Of a DNA stretch of 64,000 nt, positions 8,904 to 20,912 are shown piece by piece. The notes under the pieces were generated by a model. The model searched no databases. It had not been told where the DNA came from and was given only the letters and a program-made list of their open reading frames with translations. The translations under genes and the position numbers were made by a program. The DNA is from an uncultured bacterium (lineage in GTDB: Bacteria; Pseudomonadota; Gammaproteobacteria; Burkholderiales; SG8-39), in contig CBDDRX010000087.1 in assembly GCA_965233165.1 (NCBI GenBank), forward strand, positions 35 through 64,034. The letters run 5' to 3'. Each line of letters begins with the position of its first letter. The first letter of the stretch is position 1.

Positions 8904-9281
8904 ATGCCGAGAATCATGATCGTCGACGACGTCACTGCAATCCGCCAGATCGTCACCAAGGTGTTCCAGGACGTCGGCTACCAGGTGACCGAGGCGGCGC
9001 GCGGCGAGGAGGCGCTCGACCTGGCGAAGATCAAGCGCGTCCACCTGGTGATTACCGACGTGGAGATGCCGGGCATGAGCGGCCTCGAGCTGATCAAGGC
9101 GATGCGCGAGCTGAAGACGTACAAGACCATCCCGATCCTGATCCTCGCGCGCGACGCGAGCGACGAGAACATCAAGAAGGCGGCGGCGCTCGGCGCCTCC
9201 GGCTTCATCGAGAAGCCCTTCACGCCGGAGCGGCTGCTCTCGGTGGTGAACCAGGTCCTGGTCGACACGTATGTCAATTGA
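8904..9281 (+). CDS. cheY: Second CheY-like single-domain response regulator
   Basis: IVDD, ITDVEMP, FIEKPF; the conserved Thr/Ser position reads Ala (ILILARD). Confidence 0.85.
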   Translation: MPRIMIVDDVTAIRQIVTKVFQDVGYQVTEAARGEEALDLAKIKRVHLVITDVEMPGMSGLELIKAMRELKTYKTIPILILARDASDENIKKAAALGASGFIEKPFTPERLLSVVNQVLVDTYVN

Positions 9282-11304
9282 CCTCCGCCAGTTCCATGCC
9301 AGCTTCTTCTCGGAAGGCCTGGAGGGGCTCGACGCCACGGAAGCGAACCTGCTGCGCCTGGAAAGCGGCGAGCGCTCCCCCGAGCTGCTGAACGCGATCT
9401 TCCGCGCCATCCACTCGATCAAGGGCGCGGCGGGCAGCCTCGGCTTCCCCGAGATCGGCCGCTTCACCCACGAGTTCGAGAATGTCCTCGACGACATGCG
9501 CAAGGGCGGGTTCGACCCCGATGCCGAGGCGGTCGACACCATGCTCGCCTGCGTCGACCACGTGCGCTACGCGCTGCTGCAGGCGCAGAAGGACAAGCCC
9601 TACGATGCGGAGCGCGACGCCGCGCTGCTCGAGCGCCTCGCCGAGATGCGCGTGGGCAGGAAAACCCTGGCCGCGCCGGCCGCCGCCCCGGCGACGGGCG
9701 CCGCGGCGCCGGGCGTCCTGCACATCCGCTTCCGGCCGGGCCCCGGGTTCTTCGCCAGCGGCAACGACGCGCTGAAGCTGTTCCGCGTGCTCGACGGCAT
9801 GGGCGGCCTCGCCGTGCGTGCCGACCTTTCCGGGCTTCCGGGCGGCGCGGACTTCGACCCGGAGAAGTGCTATCTCGCCTGGGACCTCGAGCTGAAGACC
9901 GACCGCGACCGCCAGGACGTGGCCGACGTATTCGGCTGGGTGGAGGACGACTGCGAAGTGACGCTCGACGGCGCGCCGGGCGCCGCGGCCGCCCCGGCGA
10001 TGCCCGAGGCCGAACCCGCTCCGGCACCCGCGCCCCAGCAGCGGCGCAGGGAAGACCGGCGCCAGGGCGACCGGCGCAGCGGCGACCGGCGCCGCGGGGA
10101 CGACGCGGAAGCGCTGCAGACGCGCGGCGACATCCTGCATGTCGGCCGGGCCAAGCTCGATACGCTGATGAACGCCGTGGGCGAGCTGGTGATCACCAAG
10201 ACCATCCTCAAGCAGATCATTTCCGAGATGGCGCGCGAAGGCGCCGGCCGGCTCGACGAGGCGCTGCAGGAGCTGGAGAACCACGCGCGCGACCTGCAGG
10301 ACAGCGTGATGGCGATCCGCATGCAGCCGATGAGCTTCGCCTTCGGCCGCTTCCCGCGCCTGGTGCGCGACCTGTGCCAGGCGAGCGGGAAGCTGGTGCA
10401 GCTGCGCGTCTCGGGCGAGGGCAGCGAGCTCGACAGCACGGTCATCGAGAAGCTGGTCGACCCGCTCACCCACCTCGTGCGCAACGCGCTCGACCACGGC
10501 ATCGAGGCGCCCGCCGACCGCGTCGCCGGGGGCAAGCTCGAGACCGCGACGCTCACGCTGCACGCCGAGCACCGCGGCGGCAACATCGAGATCGTGGTCA
10601 GCGACGACGGGCGCGGCATCAACCGCGAGCGCGTGCGCGCCAAGGCCCTCGAGCTAGGCCTGATCGGCCCGCAGGAAGCGCTGACCGAGGAGCGCATCCA
10701 GGACCTGATTTTCGCACCGGGCTTCTCGACTGCGGAGAAGCTGAACGTGCTCTCCGGCCGCGGCGTGGGCCTCGACGTCGTGCGCAGGAACGTCGGCGAG
10801 CTGAACGGCTCGATCAAGGTCGACTCGGAGCCCGGGCGCGGCACGCGCTTCGTCATCCGCCTGCCCCTCACGCTCGCCATCGTCGACGGCATGCGCGTCT
10901 GCGTCGGTGCCGAGACCTACATCCTGCCGCTCGCCTCGATCGTCGAATGCATCCGGCCCGGCGCCGCCGAGGTGCGGCCGATTGCCAACCAGGGCCACGT
11001 GGTCGAGGTTCGCGGCGAGTTCCTGCCGCTCGTGCCCCTCGGCGGGCTGTTCGGCGTCAAGGCGGTCGGCGCCGACCAGGGAATCCTCGTGGTGCTCGAG
11101 GCCGACGGCGAGCGCATCGCACTCCTGGTCGACGCGCTCCTCGGCCAGGAGCAGGTCGTGATCAAGACGCTGGAAGCGAACTACCGCAAGGTCTCCTTCG
11201 TCGCCGGCGCGACGATCCTCGGGGAGGGGCGGGTGGTGCTGATCCTGGATATCGCGTCGCTGGTGCGCGCCGCGCGCCGCCAGCCGCAACTGCAACCGTC
11301 ATGA
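9271..11304 (+). CDS. cheA: Chemotaxis histidine kinase CheA
   Basis: HPt [11 protein letters not shown]2-like domain, [36 protein letters not shown]-terminal CheW domain. Confidence 0.96.
   Translation: MSIDLRQFHASFFSEGLEGLDATEANLLRLESGERSPELLNAIFRAIHSIKGAAGSLGFPEIGRFTHEFENVLDDMRKGGFDPDAEAVDTMLACVDHVRYALLQAQKDKPYDAERDAALLERLAEMRVGRKTLAAPAAAPATGAAAPGVLHIRFRPGPGFFASGNDALKLFRVLDGMGGLAVRADLSGLPGGADFDPEKCYLAWDLELKTDRDRQDVADVFGWVEDDCEVTLDGAPGAAAAPAMPEAEPAPAPAPQQRRREDRRQGDRRSGDRRRGDDAEALQTRGDILHVGRAKLDTLMNAVGELVITKTILKQIISEMAREGAGRLDEALQELENHARDLQDSVMAIRMQPMSFAFGRFPRLVRDLCQASGKLVQLRVSGEGSELDSTVIEKLVDPLTHLVRNALDHGIEAPADRVAGGKLETATLTLHAEHRGGNIEIVVSDDGRGINRERVRAKALELGLIGPQEALTEERIQDLIFAPGFSTAEKLNVLSGRGVGLDVVRRNVGELNGSIKVDSEPGRGTRFVIRLPLTLAIVDGMRVCVGAETYILPLASIVECIRPGAAEVRPIANQGHVVEVRGEFLPLVPLGGLFGVKAVGADQGILVVLEADGERIALLVDALLGQEQVVIKTLEANYRKVSFVAGATILGEGRVVLILDIASLVRAARRQPQLQPS
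10051..10095 (+). repeat. In-frame 15-nt tandem repeat x3 encoding (E/G)DRRx in the CheA linker
   Basis: GAAGACCGGCGCCAG GGCGACCGGCGCAGC GGCGACCGGCGCCGC. Confidence 0.8.
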
Positions 11305-11338
11305 CAACGAAGCCACGTGCCTACCAAGGAGGTCGCCC

Positions 11339-12631
11339 ATGATCCAGCTGCTCTTGCGGCCGGGAATCCTGTTCTCCGTCCAGTTCCGCAACACGATGCG
11401 CTATGCCATCAGCGCCGTCCTGTTCTCCGTTCCGGCCGGCCTCGCGCTGTACGCCGTGCCCGAGCTGGCCGCCTCGCCGTTCGGCATCGCGATGGGCGTC
11501 GCCTACCTGGTCGCCCTCTACTACCACGTGTGCTTCTATGCCGGCGCGCAGCTCTCCTGGGCGGCGATCAACAAGGTCACCCGCCGAATCGACGAGAAAG
11601 ACCTGACGCCGCTGCCGCCCTCCGAGCTGGATGCGCGCCTGGCGGCACAGGTGTCGAAGGGACAGTTCGGCACCATGCTGAACACGCTGCATCGCGTCCA
11701 CGAGGGCTGGCGCGACATCGTCGGCGCCGTGCGGGTGAGCTCGCAGGCCGTCACCCTGTCGGCGAGCGAGATCGCCGCGGGCAACGCCAACCTCTCGCAG
11801 CGCACCGAGCAGCAGGCCTCGACGCTGGAGGAAACCGCCTCCGGCATGGAGGAGCTTGCCGGCACGGTCACGCAGAACGCCGACAACTGCAAGCTCGCGT
11901 CCGACCTCGCGCAGAACGCGGAGACGACCGCGCGCAGCGGCGCCAAGGCGGTGCACGGCGTGGTCGAGACCATGGGGCAGATCGACAGGAGCTCCAAGAA
12001 GATGGCCGACATCATCGGCGTGATCGAGGGGATCGCGTTCCAGACCAACATCCTGGCGCTCAACGCGGCGGTGGAGGCGGCGCGCGCCGGGGAGCAGGGC
12101 CGCGGCTTCGCGGTGGTCGCGAGCGAGGTGCGCGCGCTCGCGCAGCGCAGCGCCGGTGCGGCGAAGGAGATCAAGGCCCTCATCGAGCAGTCGGTGGGGC
12201 AGATCGGCGACGGCGGACGGCGCGCCGAGGCGGCCGGCAAGGTCATCGACGAGATCGTGGTCAGCGTGCAGCAGGTCAACCAGCTGATCGGCGAGATCGC
12301 CGTCGCCTCGAGCGAGCAGAGCGCCGGCGTAAGTGAGATCAACAAGGCGATCCTGCAGCTCGAGAGCGTGACCCAGCAGAACGCGGCGCTGGTAGAAGAG
12401 GCCTCGGCCGCCTCCCTGTCGTTCCAGGAGCAGGCGGACCGCCTCAACCAGCTGGTGGCGCGCTTCAAGATTGCGGCCGAGGCGCGCAGCGCCCCGGCGC
12501 CCGCGACCCCGACCGCGGCGAAGCGCGAATCCCGCAAGGCGGCGCCCGCGCTGCCGAAGCGGCCGGCGCCCGCGTCCACCGGCCGTCCCGTCCCGGCCAT
12601 GGGCGGCGACGACGAATGGAAAGAATTCTAA
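11339..12631 (+). CDS. Methyl-accepting chemotaxis protein with C-terminal pentapeptide
   Basis: Canonical tip [30 protein letters not shown]; [17 protein letters not shown] methylation helices; ends EWKEF; GGAGG SD. Confidence 0.95.
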   Translation: MIQLLLRPGILFSVQFRNTMRYAISAVLFSVPAGLALYAVPELAASPFGIAMGVAYLVALYYHVCFYAGAQLSWAAINKVTRRIDEKDLTPLPPSELDARLAAQVSKGQFGTMLNTLHRVHEGWRDIVGAVRVSSQAVTLSASEIAAGNANLSQRTEQQASTLEETASGMEELAGTVTQNADNCKLASDLAQNAETTARSGAKAVHGVVETMGQIDRSSKKMADIIGVIEGIAFQTNILALNAAVEAARAGEQGRGFAVVASEVRALAQRSAGAAKEIKALIEQSVGQIGDGGRRAEAAGKVIDEIVVSVQQVNQLIGEIAVASSEQSAGVSEINKAILQLESVTQQNAALVEEASAASLSFQEQADRLNQLVARFKIAAEARSAPAPATPTAAKRESRKAAPALPKRPAPASTGRPVPAMGGDDEWKEF

Positions 12632-12660
12632 GAGTCAGGACGGAATTCCAGGAGCGCACC

Positions 12661-13155
12661 ATGCAGACGATCCAGACCGGGCAGGAATCGGCGCAGGCCG
12701 GCCGCGAGTACCTCAGCTTCGTCCTCGGCGAGGCGCAGTATTGCATCGACATCCTGAAGGTGCAGGAGATCCGTACGTACGAGGCGCCGACGCGCATCGC
12801 CAATACGCCCGAGTTCATCAAGGGGGTCATGAACCTGCGCGGCAACATCGTGCCGATCATCGACCTGCGCGTGAAGTTCGGCCTGCCGGACCAGCGCTAT
12901 GACACGCAGACCGTGGTCATCGTCCTGAACGTCGCCAAGCGCACGGTCGGGGTGGTCGTGGACGGCGTGTCCGACGTGATCAACGTTCCCGCCGCCGAGA
13001 TCAAGCCCCCGCCCGAGCTCGGCGGGTCGCTCGACACGCAGTACCTGCAGGGCCTCGCCACCGTCAACGGGCAGATGATGATCATCATCGACATCGAGCG
13101 GCTCATGACCAGCCGCGACATGGCGATCATGGACGAGGCGGCGGCGCAGGAGTGA
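12661..13155 (+). CDS. cheW: CheW adaptor
   Basis: YLSFVLGEAQYCIDILKVQEI, GVMNLRGNIVPIIDLR, VVDGVSDV; ATG 12661 has a GGAG SD. Confidence 0.95.
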   Translation: MQTIQTGQESAQAGREYLSFVLGEAQYCIDILKVQEIRTYEAPTRIANTPEFIKGVMNLRGNIVPIIDLRVKFGLPDQRYDTQTVVIVLNVAKRTVGVVVDGVSDVINVPAAEIKPPPELGGSLDTQYLQGLATVNGQMMIIIDIERLMTSRDMAIMDEAAAQE

Positions 13156-14024
13156 GCGCCGCGCAGCACAGGCCGGACGCCGGCATCGCCGGCGGGGACG
13201 CCTATACCGGCCGCGAGTTCGCCTACACCGAGCGCGACTTCGAGCGCGTGCGCCGCCTGATCCGCGCGCGCGTGGGCATCGCGCTCAACGACTCCAAGCA
13301 GAACATGGTCTACAACCGGCTCACCAAGCGGTTGCGCCAGCTCAGGCTCGCGAGCTTCGGCGACTACCTCGCGCTCCTGGAGGACGCCGCCCACCCGGAG
13401 TGGCAGCACTTCGTGAACGCGCTCACCACCAACCTCAGCCACTTCTTTCGGGAGGAGTACCACTTCCCGATCCTCGCCGAGCACCTCAGGTCGCTGGGGC
13501 GCACGCCGGTGCGCGTCTGGAGCGCCGCGGCCTCGACCGGCGAGGAGCCCTATTCGATCGCCATCGCGCTGTGCGAGGCCTTCGGCGGCCTGCAGCCGCC
13601 GGCCACGGTGCTGGCGACGGACATCGACACGCATGTCCTGGGGCACGCGCAGCGCGGCGTCTATGCCATGGAGCGGGTGGAGCAGGTGGCGCCCGAGCGG
13701 CTGAAGCGGTTTTTCCTGCGCGGCACCGGCGCGAACGCCGGCCACGCCAGGGTGCGTCCCGAGCTCGCCCGCCTGATCGAGTACCGGCGCCTGAACCTCA
13801 CCGAGCCGGGCTGGGGCCTCGAGCAGCGCTTCGACGCGGTGTTCTGCCGCAACGTGATGATCTACTTCGACAAGGCGACGCAGTACCAGGTGCTGGAGCG
13901 CATCCATCGCGTCCTCGCACCCGACGGGCTGCTGTTCGCCGGGCACTCCGAGAGCTTCCTGCACGCCGCGGAGCTGTTCAAGCCGGCCGGCAAGACGGTC
14001 TACCGGCCGGTACGGAAGGGCTGA
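13152..14024 (+). CDS. cheR: CheR methyltransferase
   Basis: LTTNLSHFFRE, WSAAASTGEEPYS, FCRNVMIYF, GHSES. Confidence 0.95.
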   Translation: MSAAQHRPDAGIAGGDAYTGREFAYTERDFERVRRLIRARVGIALNDSKQNMVYNRLTKRLRQLRLASFGDYLALLEDAAHPEWQHFVNALTTNLSHFFREEYHFPILAEHLRSLGRTPVRVWSAAASTGEEPYSIAIALCEAFGGLQPPATVLATDIDTHVLGHAQRGVYAMERVEQVAPERLKRFFLRGTGANAGHARVRPELARLIEYRRLNLTEPGWGLEQRFDAVFCRNVMIYFDKATQYQVLERIHRVLAPDGLLFAGHSESFLHAAELFKPAGKTVYRPVRKG

Positions 14025-14627
14025 GTGCGCGCCGAAGACACCACCTCGATCGCCAAGCCGATCATCTACCGCGACCGGCACTTCGACATCGACGCCGCCA
14101 AGATCGGCCCCGGCGAGTACTACATCACCCAGCGCGACATGATGATCGTCACGGTGCTCGGCTCCTGCGTGTCGGCGTGCATGCGCGATCCGGTCGCCAA
14201 GGTCGGCGGCATGAACCACTTCATGCTGCCCAGCCGCGACTCGGAGGGCCCGCTGTCGGCCTCGGCGCGCTACGGCGCGTACGCGATGGAAGTGCTGATC
14301 AACAAGCTCTTCGCGCTCGGCGCGAAGCGCGAGCGCCTCGAGGCCAAGGTCTTCGGCGCCGCGCGCGTGCTGCCCGGCATGTCGGACATCGGCGAGCGCA
14401 ACGCCGCCTTCGCGATCGGCTACCTGAAGCGAGAGTCGATCCGCGTGCTCGCCGAGGACCTCGGCAGCACCGAGCCGTGCAAGATCTACTTCTTCGCGCA
14501 CACCGGGCGCGTGCTGCTCAAGCGGCTGAAGTCCCTGCGCAACGACACCATCGTTAAGCGCGAGCGCGACTACGCGGAGCGCCTGGGCCAGATCTCCGGC
14601 GGCGGCTCCGCCGATCTCTTCAAGTAG
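14025..14627 (+). CDS. cheD: CheD chemoreceptor glutamine deamidase
   Basis: TVLGSCVSAC, GGMNHFMLP, RYG..AME.LIN. Confidence 0.95.
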   Translation: MRAEDTTSIAKPIIYRDRHFDIDAAKIGPGEYYITQRDMMIVTVLGSCVSACMRDPVAKVGGMNHFMLPSRDSEGPLSASARYGAYAMEVLINKLFALGAKRERLEAKVFGAARVLPGMSDIGERNAAFAIGYLKRESIRVLAEDLGSTEPCKIYFFAHTGRVLLKRLKSLRNDTIVKRERDYAERLGQISGGGSADLFK

Positions 14628-14632
14628 CGCCC

Positions 14633-15685
14633 ATGCGCACCCGGGTGCTGATCGTCGAGGATTCTCCGGTCATGCAGCGGCTCCTCGCCGATCTGATCGG
14701 CCGCGACCCCGGGCTCGAGGTGGCCGGCATCGCCGGCGATCCCTACGAGGCGCGCGAGCTGGTGAAAGCGCTGCGCCCGGACGTGATGACCCTGGACGTC
14801 GAGATGCCGCGCATGGACGGCCTGACGTTCCTCGAGCGCCTGATGCGCCTGCATCCGATGCCGGTCGTCATGGTGTCCTCGCTGACCGAGCGCGACGCCG
14901 AGGCCTCCCTGCGCGCCCTGGAGCTGGGCGCCGTGGACGTCATCTGCAAGCCGCGCGGCGCGGACGTGCAGGGATTGACCGAGTTCGGCGCCTCCATCGC
15001 CGAGAGCCTGCGCGCCGCCGCGCGCGCCGACCTCGGCGCCCGGGCCGCGCCGCGCCGCGCCCCCTTGCGCACGCTCGAAGGGCCGGCCGACCGGCGCCTC
15101 CTCGAAGGCCAGCTGATCGCGATCGGCGCGTCCACCGGCGGGACCGAGGCGATCCGCGAGATCCTGGTTCGCCTGCCGCTCGACACGCCGCCGGTGGTCA
15201 TCGTCCAGCACATGCCGGAGATGTTCACGCGCATGTTCGCCAAGCGCCTGGACGAGCAGTGCACGCTCTCCGTATGTGAAGTCGTGGACCGCCAGCGCCT
15301 CGCGCCGGGCCACGCCTATGTCGCGCCCGGAAATTTCCACCTCATGGTGAAGCGCGCCGGCAAGGCCATCGAGGCGCGCGTCCAGCAGGGCCCGCCGGTC
15401 AACCGGCACCGGCCTTCCGTCGACGTCCTCTTCGACTCGGTCGCGGCGTTCTCGGCGCAGGCGACGGCGGTGATCCTCACCGGCATGGGGGGCGACGGCG
15501 CGGCGGGAATGCGCCGGATCCGGGCGGCGGGTGGGCAGACGCTCGCGCAGGACGAGGCGAGCTGCGTCGTCTTCGGCATGCCGAAGACGGCTATCGAGGC
15601 CGGTGCCGTGGACCACGTGCTCCCGCTGGACAGCCTTGCAGAGCGGATCATGGCGCGCGTGCGCGAGCCGGGCCGGCCAGCTTGA
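14633..15685 (+). CDS. cheB: CheB methylesterase response regulator
   Basis: REC (TLDVEMP) plus GASTGG, QHMP, HRPSVD, LTGMGGDG. Confidence 0.96.
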   Translation: MRTRVLIVEDSPVMQRLLADLIGRDPGLEVAGIAGDPYEARELVKALRPDVMTLDVEMPRMDGLTFLERLMRLHPMPVVMVSSLTERDAEASLRALELGAVDVICKPRGADVQGLTEFGASIAESLRAAARADLGARAAPRRAPLRTLEGPADRRLLEGQLIAIGASTGGTEAIREILVRLPLDTPPVVIVQHMPEMFTRMFAKRLDEQCTLSVCEVVDRQRLAPGHAYVAPGNFHLMVKRAGKAIEARVQQGPPVNRHRPSVDVLFDSVAAFSAQATAVILTGMGGDGAAGMRRIRAAGGQTLAQDEASCVVFGMPKTAIEAGAVDHVLPLDSLAERIMARVREPGRPA

Positions 15686-16662
15686 GCAGGGGCGGGCTGG
15701 CGCGCTGGCAGGCTGCGTTGCTCGGCGCCGCTTCGTTCGCCTTCGCGACGGCCGCCGTCGCGCAGGCCTACCCAGTGCGCCCGGTCAACCTGATCGTCCC
15801 CTGGAACGTCGGCGGCGGTACCGATGCCACCGCCCGGATCATCGCCAGCGCTCTGCAGAAGGAGCTGAAGCAGCCGGTCAACGTCGTGAACCGCACAGGC
15901 GGCTCGGGCGTCGTCGGCCATCAGGCGATCGCCTCGGCGCCTGCCGACGGCTACACGATCGGCCTCATCACCGTGGAGATCACGATGATGCACTGGACCG
16001 GCCTGAGCCAGCTCAAGCACTCCGACTTCACGCCGATTGCCCTGGTCACGTCCGACCCGGCCGGCGTCAGCGTGCGCGCGGACGCGCCGTACAGCTCGGT
16101 CAGGGATCTGCTGGCGGCGGTGAAGGCCAACCCGGGGAAATTGCGGGCTTCTGGAACGGAGCAGGGGGGCATCTGGCACCTCGCGCTCGCCGGAATGCTG
16201 AAGGACCAGGGCGTCGCGCCGTCGGCGATTTCCTGGATCCCGTCGCAGGGCGCCGCGGCGGGCCTGAAGGATCTCGTCGCGGGCGCCCTCGAGATCGTCA
16301 CCTGCTCGATCCCCGAAGCGCGCAGGCTGATCGATGCCGGCAAGGTGAAGCCGCTTGTCGTCATGGGCGGACACCCGCCGGCGCTCTACCCGGACCTGCC
16401 GACGTTGAGGAAGGAGCTCGGGAGTCACTGGGAAAGTGGCGCCTGGGGCGTAGTCGCCGGGCCGAAAGAGCTGCCGGCCAACGTGCAGGCCCGCCTCGTC
16501 GAGGCGCTGAAGAAAGTGCACGACTCGAAGGACTTCCAGGACTTCATGGCCCAGCGCGGCTCCGGCGTGATCTGGGCCGGGCCGGAGGAGACGGCGCAGC
16601 TCATGATGAAGTCGGACGCCGACAACGGCGCCATCATGAAGGCCGTCCGTATCGCGAAGTAG
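15682..16662 (+). CDS. Bug/TctC tripartite tricarboxylate transporter substrate-binding protein
   Basis: Signal peptide, [23 protein letters not shown] motifs; TTGA overlap with cheB. Confidence 0.92.
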   Translation: MSRGGLARWQAALLGAASFAFATAAVAQAYPVRPVNLIVPWNVGGGTDATARIIASALQKELKQPVNVVNRTGGSGVVGHQAIASAPADGYTIGLITVEITMMHWTGLSQLKHSDFTPIALVTSDPAGVSVRADAPYSSVRDLLAAVKANPGKLRASGTEQGGIWHLALAGMLKDQGVAPSAISWIPSQGAAAGLKDLVAGALEIVTCSIPEARRLIDAGKVKPLVVMGGHPPALYPDLPTLRKELGSHWESGAWGVVAGPKELPANVQARLVEALKKVHDSKDFQDFMAQRGSGVIWAGPEETAQLMMKSDADNGAIMKAVRIAK

Positions 16663-16684
16663 CTCGGGCCCTATAATCGGGTCC

Positions 16685-19600
16685 TTGCAAGTCCTTGATG
16701 CGTTTCATCCGGCCGTAGCCGCCTGGTTCCGGGCCGCGTTCGCCGAGCCCACGCCTGCGCAAGTCGAAGCGTGGCCGGCGATCCGGGCGGGCCGGCACAC
16801 CCTGGTCGCCGCGCCGACCGGCTCCGGCAAGACCCTTTCCGCGTTCCTCGCCGCCATCGACGCGCTGGTGCGCGAGGGCATCGATACCCCGCTGCCCGAC
16901 GAGGCGCGCGTCGTCTACGTCTCCCCCCTCAAGGCGCTCGCGAACGACATCGAGCGCAACCTGCGGGCGCCGCTCGCCGGCATCCGCGCCGAGCTGCAGG
17001 CGCTGGGCTACCCCGACGTCGACATCACCACGCTGGTCCGTACCGGGGATACGCCGCAGTCCGAGCGCACCCGGATGCGCAAGCGGGCACCGCACATCGT
17101 CGTCACGACGCCGGAAACCCTCTACATCCTGCTCACCAGCGCATCGGGCAGGAAGATGCTCTCGACCGTGCGCAGCGTGATCGTGGACGAGATCCACGCC
17201 GTGGCGCCGAACAAGCGCGGCGCCCACCTCGCGGTGTCCCTGGAGCGGCTCGCCGCGCTGGCCGGGCCGGGCCTGGTGCGCATCGGCCTGTCCGCGACGC
17301 AGAAGCCGATTGACGAGATTGCCCGGTTCCTGGTCGGCACGCAGGGGGAATGCAGCATCGTGGACACCGGCCACGTCCGCTCGCGCGACCTCGCGGTGGA
17401 AATCCCGGCCGCGCCGCTCGAGGCCGTCATGTCGGGCGAGGTCTGGGTGCAGACCTACGATCGCCTCGCCGAGCTGGTCCGCGAGCATCGCACAACGCTC
17501 GTGTTCGTGAACACGCGCCGGATGGCCGAGCGCGCGGCCCGCGAGCTGACGGAGCGCCTGGGCAAGGGACAGGTCACGTCGCACCACGGCAGCATGTCGC
17601 GCGAGCACCGGCTGGACGCCGAGCAGCGGCTCAAGCGCGGCGAGCTGAAGGCCCTGGTGGCGACTGCGTCGCTCGAGCTGGGCATCGACATCGGCGACGT
17701 GGACCTCGTCTGCCAGCTTGGGACGACGCGCAGCATCGCCGCCTTCCTGCAGCGCGTCGGGCGCTCCGGCCACGCCGTGGGCGGGGTGCCGAAGGGCCGG
17801 CTCTTCCCGCTCTCGCGCGACGAGCTCGTGGAGTGCGCGGCGCTCCTGGATTCGGTGAAGCGCGGCGAGCTCGACCGGATCGAGATCCCGCAGAACCCGC
17901 TCGACGTCCTGGCCCAGCAGGTCGTGGCGGAAGTCTCCGCGCAGGAGTGGTCCGAGGAGGGGCTTTTCCAGCTTTTCACGAGAGCGTTTCCTTTCAGAAA
18001 TCTGGAGCACAAGGCTTACGTCGAAGTGCTGCAAATGCTCGCGGCCGGGTTCGACACGCGGCGAGGACGGCGCAGCGCCCACCTGCACCGCGACGCTGTG
18101 AACGGCGTCCTGCGCGGCCGGCGCGGCGCGGGCATCACCGCGATGACCTCGGGCGGGACCATCCCCGATACCGCGGACTACGCCGTGGTGCTGGAGCCGC
18201 AGTCCCAGCCCATCGGCTCGGTGAACGAGGACTTCGCCATCGAGAGCCTGGCGGGCGACGTCTTCCAGCTCGGCAACGCGTCCTACCGGATCCTGAGGGT
18301 GGAGCGCGGCACGGTGCGCGTGGAGGACGCGAAGGGCGCGCCGCCCGGCATCCCGTTCTGGCTCGGGGAAGCCCCGGGCCGCACGGCCGAGCTTTCGCAC
18401 TCGCTATCGCGCTTGCACGCCTCCTTCTCCCGGGAGGCCCTGCACAAGATCGGCATGAGCGAGGCGGCGGCGCAGCAGATCGTCGATTACCTGGAGGCCG
18501 CGAAGCGGGTGTTCGGCACGCTGCCGGGGCTCGACACCGTGATCCTCGAGCGCTTCTTCGACGAGTCCGGCGGCCAGCAGCTCCTGATCCACGCGCCGTT
18601 CGGCAGCCGGATCAACCGCGCCTGGGGCCTCGCGCTCAGGAAGCGCATGTGCCGCAAGTTCAACTTCGAGCTGCAGGCTGCCGCCACCGAGAATTCCATC
18701 GTCCTCTCGCTCTCGACCAGCCACAGCTTCCCCCTGGAGGACATCGCACGCTACCTCCACTCGCAGTCGGTCCGGCCGCTGCTCGTGCAGGCGCTGCTGG
18801 ATGCGCCGATGTTCGCCACGCGCTGGCGCTGGGATGCTTCGGTGGCGCTCGCCCTGCCGCGCTTCCGCGGCGGGCGCAAGGTGCCGCCGCAGATCGCGCG
18901 CATGGAGTCCGAGGACCTGCTCGCCTCGGTGTTCCCCGACCAGGTGGCCTGCGGCGAGAACATCGTCGGCGACCGCGAGGTGCCGGACCATCCGCTTGTC
19001 AACCAGACGATCGAGGACTGCCTCCACGAGGCGATGGACATCGACGGCCTGGAAAACGTGCTGAGAAGGATGGAAAACGGCGAGATCGCGATCGTCGCCC
19101 GCGACCTGACCGAGCCTTCGCCGCTCGCGCTCGAGATCCTGAGCGCCCGCCCGTACGCGTTCCTCGACGACGTGCCGCTCGAGGAGCGCCGCACCCATGC
19201 CGTGATGGCGCGCCGCTGGCTCGACCCGCAGACGGCCGCCGACCTCGGCAAGCTCGACCCCGGGGCCATCGCCCGTGCGGTCGAGGAGCTCCAGCCCGAG
19301 CCGCGCAATCCCGACGAGCTCCACGATGCGCTGATGAGCTTCGGGTTCTTGACGCGATCGGAAGTATCCAAATGGGAAGAACTACTGAAGATCCTTGAAG
19401 AACAGAAGCGGGCAACCCGGATCCACGACATCGTCGTCGGCGCGGAGCGCCTGCCGGAGATCCTGGCGATCTTCCCGGACGCGAAGCCGGGCATCGAGGT
19501 GCTCGAGGAGCTGAAGGGCAAGGAATGGACGCGCGAGGAGGCGTTGCGCGAGGTCGTGCGCGACCGCCTGCAGGGCAGCGGGCCGACGACTTCGGCCGCT

Positions 19601-20908
19601 CTGGCCGCCGCGCTGGATGTCTCCGGCTCCGACATGGAATCCACGCTGCTCGCGCTCGAGTCCGAAGGCTCGATCATGCGCGGGCGCTTCACGCCGGAAG
19701 CGGCCGGCGAGGAGTGGTGCGAGCGGCGGGTGCTGGCGCGCATCCACCGGTATACGGTCAACCGCCTGCGCGCCGAGATCGAGCCGGTGGAGCTGCGCGA
19801 CTTCCTACGCTTCCTCTTCCACTGGCAGCGCGCCGCGCCCGAGCAGCGCGTCGAGGGCCCCGATGCGGTGGCGGGCGTCGTCTCGCAGCTCGAGGGCTTC
19901 GAGGCGCCGGCCGCCGCATGGGAGACCGAGATCCTTCCCTCCCGGGTGAACGAGTACGACCCCGGCTGGCTCGACGAGCTAAGCCTCGCCGGCCGCGTCG
20001 CCTGGTCGCGCGTGCTGCCGATGAAGACGAACGGCGAGCGCACCCCGAGCCCGGTGCGCACCACGCCGATCGTCCTAACCCCGCGCCGCAGCCTCGCGAT
20101 CTGGACGGGCCTCTCGTCTTCTCCAGAGATCAATCTTTCTGCAAAGGGAGGACAGGCCAAGGCGTTCCTCGGGGAGCACGGCGCGTCGTTCTTCGAGGAG
20201 ATCGTCGACGGCACCGGCCTGCTTCGCGTGCAGGCCGAGGAGGCGCTGGGCGAGCTCGTCGCCCAGGGCCTGGTCAGCGCCGACAGCTTTGCCGGCCTGC
20301 GCGCGCTGCTCGTCCCTTCGGATCGCCGCCGCACCCCTCTCCACGGGCGGAAGCGGCGCGGCTCGCTGTTCGGGCTCGAGGACGCCGGCCGCTGGTCGCT
20401 CGTGCGCAGGAAGCCGGTCGAGAAGGACGAGGCGGTCGAGCACATCGCGCGCGCGCTCCTGCGCCGCTACGGCGTGGTGTTCTGGCGCCTCACCGCGCGC
20501 GAGGCCGGCTGGCTCCCGCCCTGGCGCGACCTCCTGCGCTGCTACCGCCGCCTGGAAGCCCGCGGCGAGATCCGCGGCGGGCGCTTCGTCGCCGGCGTCT
20601 CCGGCGAGCAGTTCGCCGCCCCGGAAGCCATCGGCCTCTTGCGCGATGCGCGCCGCGCCGAGCGCACGGGCGCACTCATCAGCGTGAGCGGCGCCGACCC
20701 CCTCAACCTCGTCGGCATCCTCACTCCCGGCCCGCGCCTACCGGCGCTGACCGGCAACCGCGTCCTCTATCGCGACGGCGTGCCGCTCGCCCTGCTCGCC
20801 GGCGGGGAAGTGCGCTTCCTCGACGAGATCGCCCCGGAAGCCGAGTGGACCGCTCGCAACGCGCTCCTGCGCCGCCAGGTCCCGCCCACGCTCGCCCTGC
20901 TCGGCTAG
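16685..20908 (+). CDS. lhr: Lhr SF2 helicase, long form with C-terminal domain
   Basis: [32 protein letters not shown]; [32 protein letters not shown]. Confidence 0.93.
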   Translation: MQVLDAFHPAVAAWFRAAFAEPTPAQVEAWPAIRAGRHTLVAAPTGSGKTLSAFLAAIDALVREGIDTPLPDEARVVYVSPLKALANDIERNLRAPLAGIRAELQALGYPDVDITTLVRTGDTPQSERTRMRKRAPHIVVTTPETLYILLTSASGRKMLSTVRSVIVDEIHAVAPNKRGAHLAVSLERLAALAGPGLVRIGLSATQKPIDEIARFLVGTQGECSIVDTGHVRSRDLAVEIPAAPLEAVMSGEVWVQTYDRLAELVREHRTTLVFVNTRRMAERAARELTERLGKGQVTSHHGSMSREHRLDAEQRLKRGELKALVATASLELGIDIGDVDLVCQLGTTRSIAAFLQRVGRSGHAVGGVPKGRLFPLSRDELVECAALLDSVKRGELDRIEIPQNPLDVLAQQVVAEVSAQEWSEEGLFQLFTRAFPFRNLEHKAYVEVLQMLAAGFDTRRGRRSAHLHRDAVNGVLRGRRGAGITAMTSGGTIPDTADYAVVLEPQSQPIGSVNEDFAIESLAGDVFQLGNASYRILRVERGTVRVEDAKGAPPGIPFWLGEAPGRTAELSHSLSRLHASFSREALHKIGMSEAAAQQIVDYLEAAKRVFGTLPGLDTVILERFFDESGGQQLLIHAPFGSRINRAWGLALRKRMCRKFNFELQAAATENSIVLSLSTSHSFPLEDIARYLHSQSVRPLLVQALLDAPMFATRWRWDASVALALPRFRGGRKVPPQIARMESEDLLASVFPDQVACGENIVGDREVPDHPLVNQTIEDCLHEAMDIDGLENVLRRMENGEIAIVARDLTEPSPLALEILSARPYAFLDDVPLEERRTHAVMARRWLDPQTAADLGKLDPGAIARAVEELQPEPRNPDELHDALMSFGFLTRSEVSKWEELLKILEEQKRATRIHDIVVGAERLPEILAIFPDAKPGIEVLEELKGKEWTREEALREVVRDRLQGSGPTTSAALAAALDVSGSDMESTLLALESEGSIMRGRFTPEAAGEEWCERRVLARIHRYTVNRLRAEIEPVELRDFLRFLFHWQRAAPEQRVEGPDAVAGVVSQLEGFEAPAAAWETEILPSRVNEYDPGWLDELSLAGRVAWSRVLPMKTNGERTPSPVRTTPIVLTPRRSLAIWTGLSSSPEINLSAKGGQAKAFLGEHGASFFEEIVDGTGLLRVQAEEALGELVAQGLVSADSFAGLRALLVPSDRRRTPLHGRKRRGSLFGLEDAGRWSLVRRKPVEKDEAVEHIARALLRRYGVVFWRLTAREAGWLPPWRDLLRCYRRLEARGEIRGGRFVAGVSGEQFAAPEAIGLLRDARRAERTGALISVSGADPLNLVGILTPGPRLPALTGNRVLYRDGVPLALLAGGEVRFLDEIAPEAEWTARNALLRRQVPPTLALLG

Positions 20909-20912
20909 CAGG

